Origin: Amoebidium appalachense
Taxonomy: Eukaryota; Protista; Ichthyosporea
NCBI GenBank assembly: GCA_963693365.1
Contig: CAVNZM010000003.1
Span: 218,351-282,350, forward strand
Reading direction: 5' to 3'
Length of the DNA: 64,000 nucleotides
The notes beneath the pieces are model-generated. The model saw nothing but the letters and a program-made list of their open reading frames with translations. It was not told the origin of the DNA and made no database searches. A program made the translations under genes and the position numbers. Of this stretch, positions 14,621 to 64,000 are shown piece by piece; the stretch's first letter is position 1; every line of letters begins with the position of its first letter.

Positions 14621-15332
14621 AAATTTACCAGCCAATACAATCTAATTGAATCCAGACATCAACTGCTGTCCTATCTATGAATAGATATAATTTACAAAGC
14701 ATTCAATTTGGAGGTCGTCATTCAGTGGATAAACAGTGTCTCATCGCTGCGTGATCGATGGGACTGAGTTTTATTCAGAATGCCCCACTTCAGTGTGTAC
14801 TCGACTTATGTACAAAATGCATTTTTCGTTATCTAAAAATCTTTGATCATGAAAACTTCGACAACCCCCCCCCCCCCCCCCCCCCCCCTAGCTCCCTCTT
14901 ACTGGGCTCAGCAGTTTGCCAGAAACAGGCTGTCTGGCCTTTGGAACCCTCTCACGTCCTTATTACGCGTGTTAATCTATGTGGGTGGTAAAACTAATCA
15001 AAGAAAAGAAAAGTATGTCGAAAAAGTGCAAAAAAAACGTACGAAGTAGGTGCATAATGGTGTCGCTATCACATGTGTTTGCCAAGCAGTGCTATGTATA
15101 GCTACTCTTACACAACACCGCCGGCACATGCCTAAGCCCATATACCCGAACTAATGGACCAATAGTTTCATAGCCAAATGTATAGCTGTAGGACTGCGCA
15201 CATGTTAAGCTACCCTAACAAAAGAAATTGTATGAATCAGAGCACCGGACACGATTCCATGACACCCATGCACACCTACGCCTTTAATAAGCAAACAACG
15301 TCACCCTACCGTTAGCACACAGCACTGTCCCC

Positions 15333-29780
<14,448 letters not shown>

Positions 29781-30031
29781 TCTCGCTCTGCCTTTCTTCC
29801 CCACGTTTCTCTTTGAGCGGGTACTGCTACATATGCCTGTTTCATCACCTAACTAACTTTCTTATGAAACATAGCTCTCTCTACCAACAACAGCGCATAA
29901 AATAGCACTTTCTTCCTGCGCGATTATAGGTAACTTTTATCTGAAGGCAAATAGTGAACTGTGTAAATGCAGGAGGGATGCAAGGAGTGAAAGGATGTAA
30001 CCGGCAGCGGTCGTGTCTTCAGGATTCACTT

Positions 30032-30056
30032 GATTGGCTAATTAGCGCGCCAAAAA
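30032..30056 (-). promoter_or_regulatory. Candidate E2F site (TTTGGCGCGC) next to a CCAAT box upstream of RFC1
   Basis: Plus strand GATTGGCTAATTAGCGCGCCAAAAA, ~270 bp upstream of the RFC1 ATG; matches TTTSSCGC. Confidence 0.5.
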
Positions 30057-30589
30057 TCCATATTTGGTTAAATTAGGCGGCAAGTAACATTTGTGATCTT
30101 TGAGCCCTGTGATTCGTCAATTGTGATGTCAGTGATTGTGAGGAAAGGACGAAAGCACAGGACGTTACATATAAATAGCAACCACAATCTATCTCTCATC
30201 CATATCTCTAAAGTCTTTTGAAATCGATTTTATTTTTTATTTTTCTTTGATGTATAGCTACTATGTTCGCAGGCTTTAGTAGGCCAGGAACAGGGCATAC
30301 CTGATCATCCTGGGACAATTGATTGCGGTGGAATATGATTGGCTAATGCTAACTGGGGTACGCGAATATTTTATAGTCTAAGCCTATTACGTCACTTTGT
30401 TTAATTGAAAGCCTGAAAAACAAATATCGTTTTAGACTACAACCACCACACAACTCCAAAACAAACCAAAACTTTGTGACGGTTGAAACCAGACACCAGC
30501 ATTTGTGCATGGTTTTGTACATGAAGAACCTCACACGTACTGACGGTGTGCACGCGCTGCGATGAACTTAACGTTCGCTGCAGACGGGC

Positions 30590-30798
30590 CTTACACTCTC
30601 GCGACCGCGTGCATGCTTTCTGTCGCGGCGCCTCGACGGTTCGATAGAGTCCAGTGTTCGCTGAATGTGTAAGGAAAAATAAGGAGCCATCTCTGTAGGT
30701 GGCAGATGAAGAACGTGCTTGTAGATTAGTTCACTCTAGTAAAACTAAAAGCAAACAGCGAGACAGTCAAGCTTCATTGGGCCTTTAGCGCCTTTCCT
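30590..30798 (-). mobile_element. Second, inverted copy of the repeat at 1278-1460, in the divergent intergenic region
   Basis: TTACACTCTCGCGACCGCGTGCATGCTTTC...AGAGTCCAGTGTTCGCTG..TGTGTAAGGAAAAATA is the reverse complement of 1355-1445. It ends TCCT|TTAA at 30798-30802. Confidence 0.7.
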
Positions 30799-30999
30799 TT
30801 AAGAGCTTTATTGCTCACTCATTTTTGTAGATCCCGTTTTGAAGCACAAACATCACATTCAAGGAACACACAGCCAAATAGGTAGCTATGAGCTTGTACT
30901 GCATAAATGTCGTGTTAGATTATAGCCATAAGTAGAGCCACACCGTGAGTGTGTCGCCGCTCTCTTCCCCGCTGGTGCGCCTATATTTAGTATAGCACC

Positions 31000-49235
<18,236 letters not shown>

Positions 49236-49296
49236 GTGAGAATATCACCCCCTCCCCCTCTCCGCCCCCTCCTGCAAACACACATTCACACACAAC

Positions 49297-64000
<14,704 letters not shown>

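Overview
Intron-rich eukaryotic genomic DNA, probably from a unicellular opisthokont/holozoan-like organism (inferred from gene style only). Introns are full of (CA/TG)n, (CT/GA)n and poly-C/poly-G tracts, so most of the six-frame ORF track is spurious. Three spliced genes were rebuilt by hand. (1) A 4-exon secreted His/Met-rich protein with two bacterial-type HxxVx..HxHP motifs (3081-6900, +). (2) A complete 27-exon replication factor C large subunit, RFC1 (29780-15333, -), with one GC-AG intron and a 19-nt microexon. (3) A divergently transcribed gene of at least 24 exons (31000->49235, +) that joins a TMEM181/Wntless-like multi-pass membrane domain to a class-3 lipase domain. Its 3' end is lost in a ~14.7 kb microsatellite block that is probably partly an assembly artefact. 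Between genes 1 and 2 lies a decayed Ty1/copia element whose RT is split by a 907-bp solo LTR with a perfect 5-bp TSD. There are also several MITE-like elements (TTAA-TSD, Tourist-like, foldback) and a short dispersed repeat embedded in intronic poly-C tracts. The most striking unexplained pattern is that local tandem duplications and minisatellites arise repeatedly from exon boundaries themselves (at least 6 splice sites plus one stop codon), producing arrays of decoy splice sites.
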